DNA from: Raillietiella orientalis | Lineage: Eukaryota | Direction of reading: 5' to 3' | NCBI GenBank assembly: GCA_036172245.1 | Contig: JAYWIR010000011.1 | Span: forward strand, 4,402,001-4,466,000 | Length of the DNA: 64,000 nt | Shown: piece by piece, positions 35,016-47,900 of the stretch | How positions within the stretch are numbered: the stretch's first letter is position 1 | How the letters are laid out: each line of letters opens with the position of its first letter | Program-made: the position numbers and the translations under genes | The notes under the pieces: model-generated | Told to the model about the DNA's origin: nothing | What the model saw: the letters and a program-made list of their open reading frames with translations, nothing else | The model's database searches: none

Positions 35016-38000
35016 TTGGACACTTCCGCGCTCGAGTGTGCACCGCGTTGTACTTGGTCCGAGCGGCCTGTTGAGCATCCTTGTGGTCATCCTTGCGGGC
35101 TCAAGCGAGGCCGTGCACTGCATCTCCTTGTCCGGCGCGCTTCCCGCTTTCGGTCTGCGCCATCATCGGAATCCCTGCAGGCCGTGTCTTCAGCGATTCG
35201 GTCCGTGGTCCTCGGGTTCGCTTGCGGATCTTCCGTCTGCTGAGTCGCCGACGCGGCCGGCTGATTCGACCACGGTCGTTCGGGCTTCTTGGAATGTTTG
35301 TGGCTGGATGCTGCCCGTTCTCCTTGCAGGCCTCTTGCTTTCCGGCCGGAAATGGCACACCCCCTCCGGAGTCGTTCCTCGAGGGAGCGTCCCACCGGCG
35401 CAGGCTTCTTTTCCTGGCCCACCGTGGCGTCGTTCTCCCGCATGCACCCCGTCCAGTGGTCGCCTTTCTCGCTCAGGCTGTGCGTCGTCCCATCCAGTGA
35501 TTGAGCCTGCTCTGCTGTCCCATTGGTTTGGTGCCCTGGTCTTGCTTCTTTCTTCTCCACCCTTTCCTCCTGGGGATTTCCGTGCCCCCGCGGTCGCGCG
35601 CTCTCCTCCGGCAGACAAGTTCCTTCTCCTATCCTTCCTTGGTTCTTGCTGCACCTCCACCGTCTTGATGGCTTTCCCTGCAGCCTCCTCGCGCCTCGCC
35701 ATCTTGAAAAGGCAGCAGCACCCTCCCCGCAGCTGCGAGCGGCGCCCCTAGTCGCACTTGTAGTTTTACGTCTGGGAGCGGGCTGCCGCCTGACCTGAAC
35801 GTCACTTCCTGCACGCGTCAGCGTTCGCAGCACCTGGAACGGCAGCGATGCTGTGCAGCTTGTCTTCCGTAGAACACTGAAGCGAGGAATCTCCACATCT
35901 ATACGTGCTGCTCCTCCGCATGTTCGGTGGAAAGCGCCCGATTGCCTGTGGGTCGTGCAATAGCTGACCCCGCTCAGCAACGCCGTCGTGGTCTCGCAGC
36001 CAGCTTCCCGCTTTCTCCAGGTCCGACAGGATGGTGGATGAAGCTGCTCTCCTGCTTCCCAGATCTCAGCGAGTGACCATCCAGGATAGTGGATGTCCAA
36101 GCGTCCTGCAGTGGGCCCCTCGGTGAGAAGGGTGAAGGAAGGGACGAATGCCCCTGCAGCGTGAGAGGCGACCTCGCGGGGCTACCAAAGGAAAGGCCTC
36201 GGCCGGCCAAAGAAACCACGCCATCAGGGTCCGCAAAGGTGGGCGGAGCTCCTCGGCATCCCCCGACTGGGGATCAGGGTCATTCAACTTCCCGGCCCCG
36301 GGACCCTCCGTAACCCGCAGACCGCCGTATCGCTGTCGCACCTGCTGGCCCGCGAGGACTGTCTCCATGCAGGACGTGGAAGATCGGATCGGCCTCCGAG
36401 GCGCCTCTTGTCCCCGCTGCTGCCCCGCGGGACTGCCTTGAGGTCACCTCTGCCGACTCGCAGACCGCCTCTTCCGCGAGCGGTGGCTGCCAAAGTGAAG
36501 GACGAGGCTGGCGGGCAGTGGTCCCATCGTCCCGGGAAGCCGCCTGCCATCGCCATCGCCCGCGTGCAGGCAACGAGGCGGCTGGCGCAGCCCGGGGTGG
36601 GAGGCGCAGGGGGGCTGGGGGCGGACTGAACGCATCCTCCCCCCCCCACCTCGTGTCCCCTTCCACCTTTTAGGCGATGACCCTCGGGAGCTGCGTTCGG
36701 CACGGTGAGGCTGGAGCATCCCCTCATTCCCGATTCATTTTTGGGTCCTCCCCTCCTCCCTTTCCTTCCTCCTTACATCTGTCCCCAGCGAGGGTAGCCA
36801 CACGGACTGAAGCATGTCGGCCCTTCTCCAGCCGTATTTGCTTTGACATATTTACTATAAATAAATGACCCGGCTGTCCGACAAGGATTCGGGTGACTTT
36901 CATTCTCCGAGGGACGACTACACAGCATGCACACCCACCGGCCTTCTTGACGTCCACACTTGAGGCTTGCACCCCGGTTTTTGCGTCACAACAATCTCCG
37001 TTCGAGATCGCCTCACTCGCCTAGGGAGGGGTGGCAGTAGGATCGCCCCTGAGCACCCATCTGGCCACCCTCACTCTTCGGAGGGTGCACTCTGAACGTC
37101 CAGGCCGGCGCCTTTCCCCAGCCGCTGATCCCGATCTCCCTCTGCGGTTTATCCGGAGGGCATCGGCTCCCTCCCTTTTCACTGATCAGGGGGGGCAGGC
37201 AGTTTCTTGCTTTCAGATTGTACTTTCCCACCATCATTGCCAGCGCCTCGACTCGACGCTCTTCGGTGCTGTTTGCGACTAGACATTCTTCATCCCGAAT
37301 CTGCAACGTCTGGACCGCGCTCGTTTCCCCTTTCCCCAGCTTTTCCTTTGGTGCCTGCGCGACGTGAAGATTTCGTGTAGGCGACATCAGGCTGACTGCC
37401 TCTACTTCCTGTGGTCCATACTCGTGGCGTTCGTAGGCGGGGGCGCACGTTCGATAAACTCATAATCAATTAAAGAAACGCACGTGTCCGGTGCGTTCCA
37501 CGTGGGAGCATCTGCTTCCCCACTGAATCAATTAGAACGTTGCTATGATTGAGCGCAGTCACCTAAACCACGGCGGAACGATCTTCCGAATCCCTCGCCG
37601 CTGAGCCTACCTCCATCTACCGTCCGTTCGTCGCACCAATATTTCGAAATGCAGAATCGGTGCGGCGACTGTGCCTGTGTTGCATCTCGCCGCCTCGCGT
37701 CTTCTGCATGGTTGGAACCGCCTCCTGGGGCTGGACGCGCCCTGCCCCCCAATGAGAGAAGAGTAGAAGAAGAGGGACCTTCTTCCTTCTGAAAGGCCGG
37801 GAAGCATGCGACCCGAGCGGGATGCAGAGACCCCGCCAACCCTCGTACGCGACCGTAGCCACGTGGAGACCATGCCCAACGCCCATTGGAGCGCCTCCGG
37901 CGAACGGAGCCTAAGCTGCAGCAGCGCAAGCAGACGCTGATGCTGACTGCCTCCCCTTATGCAGGGTCGACCTCGGCTGCTCCCTTCGCTGGGCCCGAAT

Positions 38001-41000
38001 TCCCCCCGTTCACTCCAGCACTTGCGTTCGTTTCCCCCTCTTTCCGGACTGGCGGGCAGGGAAGAACGCGACTGAAAGGAGCCCCCCTTCCCCCTTGACG
38101 CGTGCGCGCTTGCGGCGTTCGCGGAAGGACTATGGAAACCTGCAAACAGCAGTCGGGTGGCGGCCGCTCGCTGCTCCCCCGACGCACGCGCGCACACTCT
38201 TCGCAGGGCGCAGGGCCCCTCCCTTGCTGCCGCGGCTCCTGGCTGCGGAAGAGACCCTCCGCGACAGTGGCGCCTACCCTCCAGGGTGGACCTGCCACCA
38301 CTCCGAGCGGGGCGCGCCCTCCCACGCCCGCGCACACCGTCGGAGACTGGCATGGCACGCGGCAGCCACCTCCCTCCGAGGGGGAGCGGCCGCCACGCTC
38401 TCCCTCCTCTCCAGGAGCGAGGGGATCGCGTGCGTGCGCGCACTCACGCGAGCGTGACTCACGCACGTGCCCTACCCCGCCTCTTCCCCCTCCCCGCCGG
38501 GGCGCCGCCGTTTGCCTCTGCGGATGCACCAGTTTCCCACGGGGCCGATCCCTGCCGCCGACTCCCGACGACAAGAGCCGGTAGGACCCCCCACCGACTT
38601 CGGGAGGTGAGGGGTCTTGGGATGGGCGGGACGAACCCCTCGCCTCCCTCCTCCGCCACTGCTTTCGCGCCCTCCCCTCACCCGCGTCCGGCAAGACCCC
38701 GCAGCTTCACTAAGGGGGGAGGCAAAGGCGACCCTTCCCGAGGCGATGAGGGCCTGCAGATGGCGCGCCGCATCGCCACCGCTTGACTGGTTCCTGGTTC
38801 AGGCGGACGGGGAAAGTCCGGGCGGTCTCAGTGCGCAGCGACCTCTCGAGAGTGAGAATACCGCGGTGTGAGGAGGAGGGCGTACACCGTGCGAGAAAGG
38901 GGGTGCGCGGCAAGGAAGGGCGCCTGCGGCTGAGGAGAGGGCGAGTCCCTCCGCACGCAGCCTTCGGTGCCTTTCCTCGAGGACCGGGGCACCTCGGGAA
39001 GGCCGGAGGGACTTCGGGAACGGAAAGGCAGCTGCGGTCGTCCTCGGCCCTCCCCCGGGTACGTGCCCTGAAGCGTCCACCTCCTGCTCCTCCTGGTCTC
39101 TCTGAAAGCGGGTTTTTTGCTTCCCCCGCTCACCGCCAGGAGGGCAAGGGAATGCGCCTAACGGGCGCTCCGAGACGCCCATCCGCCGCACGCTCACCTT
39201 GTTCCGAGAAGGGAGCGGGAGGAGCGCGGCTGCTGCTCTCAGAGGGGGAAGGGGAGTGCAGCAGCACTCTCCTCCCCCTTGGACGGCGCAGGTTGGCGCG
39301 GCGCTTTCACGTGAGCCGCAGCGTTCCCTCCGCCACCTCCGCCCACAAGAGCCTCCCGTGCGCGCCTGGCGGCTGTGCACCTACGATGACCTCAGGAAGA
39401 GATCATCTGCTCCCGCGGTGACCGCCGCGGTGACCTCTCCGTCGTCGTCGTCGTCCCCTTTCCCTCTCTTCGCCTTTCCCTGGAGCCAGGGCCCCAGGTA
39501 ACCCCGATGGGGGTCACCCTCGGCCTGCTCTCGGCCCGGCAACGTTCAGGCCAAAATAAAAGCGGCCACGAAGACCCGCGAGCTCGCATCCCGTCCCGTT
39601 CCTGACCGTTCTCCGACAACTTCCGAGAGTGGTCACCGGATCCTGGTCTTCCAAGAGAAGCACGAAAGGGAAGACACTGGAAACGGTGACCCCTTTCGTC
39701 CGTGCAGAGGAACTGTGATAGCCCCTCTCTCTGGAACGTTCTTCACTCCGTTCGGGAGCGGGCGCGATCCCGAGTGCACTCCCCGTGGTCGGTGCTTCCC
39801 TGCTCCAGCTTCCCGGGCTGCAAGGGGCGCGCGGTCCGGCATGTGGGGGGAGAGGAAGGGGAGGAATCCAGGTGTCCCCACTTCGGATGGCGCGCGGTCC
39901 AGCTGGAGAGAACAGGAGTTTCCATTCTTCCCGGTTCCCGAAGGGATCCCTCCCTTCTCCCGCAGTGCCGAGGCAGAGGTGGGGGAACCTTCGGCCGTCT
40001 GAGGTCCGGGAGGAGGACATCCCGAGACCCTACGACGGTCCACCTCCCTCGAACGCCACGCCAAGCATCTTCGCAGCTGCTCCTGGAGCTACGCCAGCTC
40101 TCGTCCTCCACCCCTTCTCTCCCCTCCCTCCTCCTTCCCTCCATGGAGTCATCGCCAACCATCTGCCGGCTCTCCCCCCATCCAGCCGCGTCCTCCCCTT
40201 TTCCAGACTCCCTTTGTCCCACCTCCCTTCTCGCCAGCTGCTCCCGAATGGCGTCCCCTTCCACGGGAATCCCCTAGGAGCCTTCCCGACGGCACGGGGA
40301 CTCCGCCTCCCTCCAGAGTAGCTGCGCACCACGTGGGACGCTCCTGGAATCCGGGAGCTGCGCTGCCTCGGCATCATCAGGGGATCTGAGTCGCCAGGGA
40401 AACGAGCACTCCGCGCCGGAACCCCTGTCTACCGCAGGCAGAGGTGGAGGGCGATGCGCCTCCCTATCTTGCGTAACCCCTTGCCCTCCAGGGGATAAGG
40501 AGGAGGCTCTGTTTTCCAGGACGCTTGCTCCCCCGTCTCCTAGGTGACGGGGGAGCAGCCTCAGCATGGTGCTTGTCCTGGAAGCGGGGAGTAGCCGGCC
40601 TGCGGGAGACAAACGGTAGGCGGGCGGGGCTCACGAGCGCCGGGCGTGGTCGGGCAGGCGTTGCGCGTTCGTGGAGGTGGAGGTGATGGAAGGGGGAGGG
40701 GTCGCGATCACTATGCAGGATAAGACCCTGGGAACGGATGCGGAAGCTTCCTCCCCTCCCCCCTCCCGTCCGACCACTCCTCGCTGCCTCGAGTCCCGCG
40801 GCATCCGCAGGGCAGGTCGCGCATCGCCCTCCTCCCGATTCGCGGGCCGGAAGCCCACTCTCCATGAGACTAGGGAGCTACAGAGCTTTTTCGAACGAAG
40901 ACGCACGCCTGGAGGAGTGCAGGGAGCGGCGCCGCGTCCCCTGAAGGTGCGGTTCGCCGCCGTGGGACAGAGCTGCTCTTCGGCTGTCCCTCCGTGAGGT

Positions 41001-42899
41001 TTTCTCTTCCCCTACCCCCACCACCATCGTTTTCCTGGCCTTCCTTCCGGGGATGGACTCTCTCGAGTCCCGGCGAGAGTCCCGGCCAAACGAGGGGCCG
41101 ACGAAAAGGAACGGCGGAAAACCGAAGGAACTTGCGGGCGCCGCGGGGGAGTCCCCATGGTGCGGGAGAGGGGGCGGCGGGGGAGGTGGGAAATGGAGCG
41201 AGGCGGGCAGACCTTTTCTTCGAGCCCTCTCCTCCGGGATACTGCAGCGGGGATGATACAACAGCTCTCTCGCTCCGAGAGGCGGTGCCGGCGGCGGCGG
41301 CACTGTTCTGCAGGAGGGGAAGAAGCAATGCGTCATCCGACCGCGCCCGCCATCGTCGCGGAGAACGCGACGCCCCCTGGACCCCTCCCTCGCTGTCGCT
41401 CGGAATGCTCTTTGGAGTTCCACGGAGAAAGACTTGCATCTTCCGTTCGTCCACCTCCATTTTGCCGTTTCGTTTGCTTTGGTGCCGCCCTTCCCCTTCC
41501 CCTCTTCTTCTCTCTCTCCCTCTTCCTCCTCCTTTCTTCTTCCTCCCTTCCATCTACACTTCCACCTCTCCCCCCTCCCCTTTTTTGGAGGGCTCATGGA
41601 TGTCTCCGACTGCCTTCCGGTCACCCTGGCCGCAGTGACCCGCTGCAGACTCGCGGTTTGGAAGACCCCGTGGCCGTTCAGTCGAATGCGCGCCATCCTC
41701 GCTGCAGGAAAGCTAAGGGAGTAGCCGTCCTCTTCGATAGTGACTCTGACAACGCGCCCTCGACGTAAGCAGCATCCGGGGAAGGAACCTCCAGTGAGCC
41801 AGGTCCCTTTTTGTCCCTCTTTCACGAGAGGGGAGGTCTAACAAGGGGACCAGAATCCTTCCCTCTCGGCTCCTAGCTCCTATCCGTCCGTCTAATCCAT
41901 GGCGACGCTGTCAGGAGGGAGCACACTCCCCCCCCCCTCCTTTCCATCCGCTGACGTAGCCGCCTCCAAAGGATGCGTCTCTTGGCTCGCTGAAGTTCCA
42001 GGCTCTCGAGGAGCCAACTTGACCTTCCTCCCGACGGAGGAGAGGGGGGCGAACATAGCGGGGCGCCTCCTCTTCCGTCTGTGTGGCGTCCACCTCCGTT
42101 CCGCTTTTCCCGCAAGCGCTCCCCCAACGCGCCAGGGCAGTGCATCCGTGAGTCCACGGGGATTCGCGTCGGCGAGGATGCTGCCAACGACCGGGCGCTG
42201 CCTTCTCGTCGAATGCCAGGCGCCAGTGGTCATATGCCCTTCGCCCAGCATCTCGGCGTCACCCGGGCCGCAACGATCATCGGCCCAGAGCCCTCCGACA
42301 AATCGCTCCCCGGCCTGGTCTCGTCCGAGAAAGCGGGAACCTCGTCGGGGAGGCGGGAGCTGCCTCAGCGCGTGCTGGTGGCTGTCTGCCGGCCCTGCGG
42401 GAAGGAGTTCCTCCTGAAGGACGCACCGCGCGTTCCGCTTGGCAGGTCGCTCCCTGAGGCTGCCGCACGGGAGGCTCGGAGGTCTGCTTGCAGCGCGCCG
42501 GATCCCCTCGTGAGCCCCTTCCTCCTCCTCTGGACCGGAGGTTTCCAATTACGCCTCCAGATCGTCCTCCCCGAGACCGGGGGAACGGGAACGCGTTCCG
42601 CCGCTGCCTCCCCGCTAACCGGAAGGCGCTCCGCGACGATGCGCTTTCGCGCCGCCGTGGAAACGCCCGATGCGGGGGAAGCTGTTCGCCTCCCCCCCTC
42701 CCTTCCCCCTCCTCGCGGCACGGAGACGTCCCACCCTCCCATCTTCTGCGGCGCGCGCGCTTCCCGGCAAGGCGTCTGCAGCAGCCAGGAAGGGCCTGCG
42801 GCAACTCGGGGACCTTCCTTGGGGGAAAGATCCACTGAGCAGGAACGGCACTCACCCGCTCCAGATGACGAAAGTCTCTCCGCAAGGAGGTCGGCGGCT

Positions 42900-43290
42900 T
42901 CGGGGGACCGCGTCCGATCGACGAATGCGCTCTCGGGGCCCTCCCCTTGACCCCATCAATCCGACTTCGAGCTCTCCCTGCGGCTGAGACCAAGCGCTGC
43001 ACCCTGAGGGGCCGGCAAGATACAGCCCGTGTTCATGTTCCTCTTCTTCCCTTCCTCCTTTTTCCTCCTCCCCCTCCTTATTCCCCTTCTCTTTCTCTTC
43101 TCCTCTTCTCCTTCCTTTCCTCCTTCCTCCTCCAATCCTCAGAAGCCCAGCGACTCCGGGGGACCGCGTCCGATCGGTGATTGCGTTCTCCGCGTCCTCC
43201 CTCGCGACCCATCAATCCGACTCCGAGCTCGCCCTGCGGCTGAGACGAGGTGCTGCACCCTGAGGGACCGGAACGACGCAGCCCGCGTTC
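42900..43290 (+). repeat. Two diverged direct copies (about 42900-43035 and 43157-43290) of a roughly 130-bp unit, separated by a pyrimidine-rich simple repeat; related to the family C 3' end
   Basis: Both read CGGGGGACCGCGTCCGATCG..CCCATCAATCCGACTYCGAGCTCKCCCTGCGGCTGAGAC..GCTGCACCCTGAGGG.CCGG. Confidence 0.8.
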
Positions 43291-44145
43291 GGGTGCGACG
43301 GAAAGCTCAGGAAGTGGACGCCCGCTCGGAGCTAGAGGCGCCTGAAGTCCCGGAGCTCGAACAGCCGCCTGGCCACGTGTGCACCCAGCGGAAGCGCTCT
43401 GCCTCCATCCCCCTCAGGCCGTCTATTTACGTCCCAGCCAGGGGGCGTCCCCTTCTGCCCAAACATCAACAGCTCCTGAAAACATAGCATCTCTCCCATT
43501 TCCTCCCGAGTGTCGTGCCTCCCGAATCTTAAAATTACCTTCCAGACCTGGGAAAAACGAAAAGGGAAACATCGTTTCCCAGTTTCCTGCCCTCCACTCA
43601 GTGATGGCTGCCAAAATTGGAAGCGCGTCCCCCGGAAAGCTGTCCTCCGGTTGACTCGTTCCTCTCCCTTGACTCACCCTTCCAATCGCAGAAAGGAAGG
43701 GGGTGGTTGGTCCGGGAAGACCAGGGAGCCCCTGATGCCGCATCTTCGGTGGGGCAGACCGAGAAGGGATGCCGCAATTCTAGTGGTCCCATCCCCTTTA
43801 CCCCTGATGCCGCTCGCCGGGAGGAAGCAAATCCGAAGTGCCCTGCGACGGTTCTACCCCGAGGAGAGCTGTGACCTGCCGATGGCAACCTCGTCCAGAC
43901 AACAGTTGGAACAGGATGTAGGACTCCTGGCCTACTCAGAGCTAGGGAATCCTCTTGAAACCCCCCCGTGATGCAGCCATCAGTCCGCGGTCATTCAGGG
44001 CGATGCAGGGCGTGACTCGGCTGCAACAGATGGAGGAACACCCTACCCATCTCCTCAGATCCTCCGGAGGACTCCCGAGGATGACCCAAAGAGGAAGAAG
44101 AAGGGGTAGGAGGAAAACCATGCTCGCAAAAGAAGAGGTGTTGGT

Positions 44146-44968
44146 CCGCGTTGGCGGCAGCGAGGTTGCGGCGGCCTCCGCGCGCGCGGCACCACCGAAC
44201 GTTGCGGATTCGAATCCCGCCCAGAGGAGGAAGCGTTGACTTCGAGGACACAGGATGCGTCGTCGTGGGTTTCGAATGCCCTCCGGCAGAATGGCGCTGG
44301 TTGACATCTGGTGGCTTCGGATGCGGCGGAATTGGTAGGAGTCCGACGCTCCCGTTGACTGGCCGGGATTGGAATTCGGCCCTCCGGAGTCCTTCCAGGA
44401 CATCAAAGAGCCCTTCAAGGTTTCCCTTCGTTCGGAAAAGGGAGCCATCTCCCCTCCCCTCTGAGGGGAACCCTCTTTCTAGTGCCATGGAGCCGGTTTG
44501 ACGTCCCCCTCGGGAAGTTACCCCTCCAGAGCGTTAATAAGCGCGACGCTGCCTTTGGGGAGTGACTCTTTAGGGTTCTCTTCAGAGGAGGAAGAAACCA
44601 GGAGCGGATCCTTTCTGGGGATCTCTCAGGAGAAGAAAATGAGGAGTGACCCCACCCCCTCGGAAGGTTCCTCCGGAGAGAATGAGGGTGAGACTCTCTT
44701 CGGGGCTCCCTTCCAAAAGTAAGGAGAAAGGACTCCTTCCTTCAGAGCCTTCTTGGATTCATAGGGTGGTCTCCTCTCGGGGCACCCTCTAAATTGAGGA
44801 GTCACACGCTCAATTTAGAGGTGACGGGCGTGGGTAGCGTGGACAGTGTCAAAGAGCTACGTGAAGCCCTAGGAGAACGCTTCTTGAGTACTGAACGAAC
44901 CAAAAAAAGAAAAGCTGAAAGGAAAGCAGCGAAACTGAAGAATCCAGAAGGCTTTCCGTCATCCGAGG
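44146..44968 (+). mobile_element. tRNA-derived SINE-like repeat, copy S4 (uninterrupted, most complete)
   Basis: CCGCGTTGGCGGCAGCGAGG..CCGAACGTTGCGGATTCGAATCCCGCCC head; full body; tail ..GGAAAGCAGCGAAACTGAAGAATCC..TTCCGTCATCC shared with S5; a T5 run follows at about 45000. Confidence 0.75.
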
Positions 44969-47900
44969 TCAGTAACGATCTTCCCATAGCTACTGGACTT
45001 TTTGGGGGGGGGGGAGCGGCCACTAAAAGGAGCTCAAAGAAACGAAGGTGCAAGTTGAGCTACAGGCCATAAGCAAAATCAGCAATGAAACCGCACGAGG
45101 TCCTCTCATCACGACCACTGATCCAGTCGATGCATCCCGCATAAGTCGTGAGATGATCGGATGCTGGGATGTACCGTCTTCCAGAGATCCGTCCTCTTGG
45201 TACCGAAGGTTCTTCAGCTCTTGGCCTGGCCTTCCTGGGATTGAGAGACCTCCATCGCCACGACTGACGGCAAAATGCCCTCCTCCCCCACCCCTCGTTC
45301 GTCCATTCTTCCTCCTGTCCCGAGATTTCCCATCATCGCTTCCTCGTCTCCTTGGGGAGAGAAAAGACCAGGACCCCTTGGCGAGCCGAATCCCACGCGA
45401 GTCCACACTCCACGGTCATCCATACGTCCCCTGGACGTCTTGGCCCGCTCCCTCCGCCTCTGGAGACAGGTCAGGAGGTTCCGATCGAGGGGGAATGCAG
45501 TCTGGCTGCATGCGTTCGTCGGTAAGGGGGGCGCAGGCGAATGACGAAGGCGGTCTCCTCCTCATTCTTCCTCCTCCCGCATTCATCTCTCTTGTTCCTC
45601 CTCTCTGCTTCCTCCTCCTCCTTTCCTCTTCCTCTTCCTCCTTCTTTTCAACCTGTATTCTCTCTCTTCCATGCTTGTTGCAAGGTCCCCCACCCTCCCT
45701 GCTCCATCCCGGCGCTGCAGTTGTCGCAGCGCTGCTCGTCACGACCCGCGATCCAGCCCATGCATCCAGAACACGTCGCGGGATCGTCGGCCGCGCCGTC
45801 TCCTCTTCAACTCTTCCGGAACCTCCGCGAAATCCGTCAGCGACGAGCGCTCTCCTTGGGAAGATGGGGAAGGGGAAGGGGGGGGGGAGGTCCGGCGCTC
45901 GATGCTTCCCCCTCTTCCACGCGTCTTTTGGAGGTGTCTCTGAGGTCAGGTGTGATACACCTATGGCTGGTGTGGTCGGACATCCACCTCAGTGGCAATC
46001 GATCAGGGGGAGAGGGAAGGGAGACGAGTCATCACTCGTCCTTCTCCCGGGAGCATCAACGGGGGTGGGAGCTTCGAGACGACTCCAGACTTCGGCTTAT
46101 TGTCGACCACTAGTTCTCGGTGCTTCTTTGAAGGTTCGGGAGTAGGGCTGGGAAGGTTCCCTTGCTTGTTTCTGGTATCGAAACGTGCGACGCCGTCTAC
46201 GTGTCCAAGAGATGCGCGAGGCACGAGCTCCACCGGATGCTCTCCAGGAATCAGGCGCCGTCTGGCAGTCCCCAGGGAAGGTCAGCGCTTTCGGAAGACG
46301 AGGGTCCAATATCTAGAAGGCGTCTTGCTGTCGCTTTGCTGGGAATATGGAAGGTCGGAGACCTTTGACGAGGAGTTGTTTTCCAGAAACGACCCCGGGG
46401 ACTTACTTCTCTGCCTCCTTTCCATTCCTGCTTATCTGCGATAAGCCATGAAAGACGGGAAAGCAGACTCCGGGTCTCCACATCCGGGTCTCCGCGGACG
46501 ACGTCTACGAGCCAAAGGTTTACCGTCGCTGACGGTGAACCTTTGGCTCCTCCTGAAGCTGACGGGCTATCTCGTTCTCCTTCGAGAATCTCTGCCAGGA
46601 GTCACCCGCTGGAAATGAGGAACAGCAACCTTGCGGCGCCATAGGAACCCGGGCGAGGACGACGAACGCTCTTTCTTTGCTTCGGAGGCTGGAACTCTGC
46701 CCTTCTTCCTAAATGGACATTTCCTGTTGCCTGCTTTCCGCCTGTGGCTCTCAAGCGCTTCCGCGGTCTCGAAGACCTCTTCTCCACGCCTTCTTTGACG
46801 AGCTGCTCTCAACTGCCGATTCGCCCCCTCCTGCCAGCTCTTTCCCCTTCGAGGGAAGAAGGCCGTTTCCTCTCCTCGGTCGAACGGTCATCCGTGAACC
46901 CCCGGAGTCAAGCAGCTTTCCCTCCGTGAGCATCCGACCTTTACGTGATCGTCCAATTTTCTCCTTTCTCTCCCGGTTTCGGCACATCGCAGCACCGCCT
47001 TCCACGCAGCACGCGGTCTTCCCAAACTCATCGTTCAATCCTCGAGGCCCTCCTGACCGTATCCCTGATTTCGACTCTCTCCCCAAAGGCTTCCTCGAAA
47101 GTCTCAAAAGGTTGCCCCGAGGTCATCCCTCTCTCCCGAACCTTTCCTTTCCGGAGGGGCTCTTCCTACCTTTGTTCACTTCGGAAAGAAGGAAAGGAGG
47201 AATCCTTTGTCCCCAGTCCACCCCCACTCAGAGGCGGGCGACCTGGCTCCCCGAATCGGTTCAGAGCAGAATCCTCCTCTTCAGCCCAGGTATTGGACCT
47301 GGAAGGTGATGATCCGCAACGATTTAGAGAGCTCCAGGCGCCTCGAAGATCTGCAGAGGGTTGCTGAAAGCCGCGAGATGCGCAGCTGACGCGCGTCGCC
47401 TCAAAGGCGAAAGCACGTCCTTGGATGCTGGCGTGGTTTCCCTTGCGAGAAGGCCCTTGCGCCCAGGAAGCTTCGTCCCAGCAAGGCGGGAGTGTTCGCC
47501 TCTGTGAGATGCTCCTCCTGCGAAACATCGGCTGATATGGGGTCCCCTCGGCAACCGCTTTACCAGCGCGCGAGCTTCCGCGTGTCTTCTCCCCATCGCC
47601 TGGTACCTTCTGCGCATTCCTATTCATTCGAAGAAGGGCCCAGGGAGCTCCGCCCGGTAAGATTTCCGAATAGCAGCAGCAGCGGCGACGACGGCGGAGG
47701 GGACGAGGGAGGGGGAGAATGCCTTGACGGATCTGATCGTGCAGATGGAAGAATGGCAAAGAGAAGCGTCAGTGAGAGAGCAGTCGCCTACGTGCTGCGA
47801 CCCTTCCCGTGAGGGAAGGAACGACAACGAGGCAGAACCACTCGCGGCCACCGCCGGTTCGGACGAAGCAGTCCATGCGCTGCTGAGACTTCAGGCAACC

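Noticed and set aside
35000..42900. Exon-like low-complexity ORFs on the minus strand (e.g. 37013-37387, 39743-40264, 41892-42548)
   Set aside because: I could not build a phase-consistent model or recognise a domain; an orphan gene may exist but the sequence alone does not support a call.
43510..44080. Possible fifth LINE remnant (RWG..; EEHPTHLL)
   Set aside because: Motif spacing does not match the other copies, the cysteines are absent and there is no 3'UTR motif.
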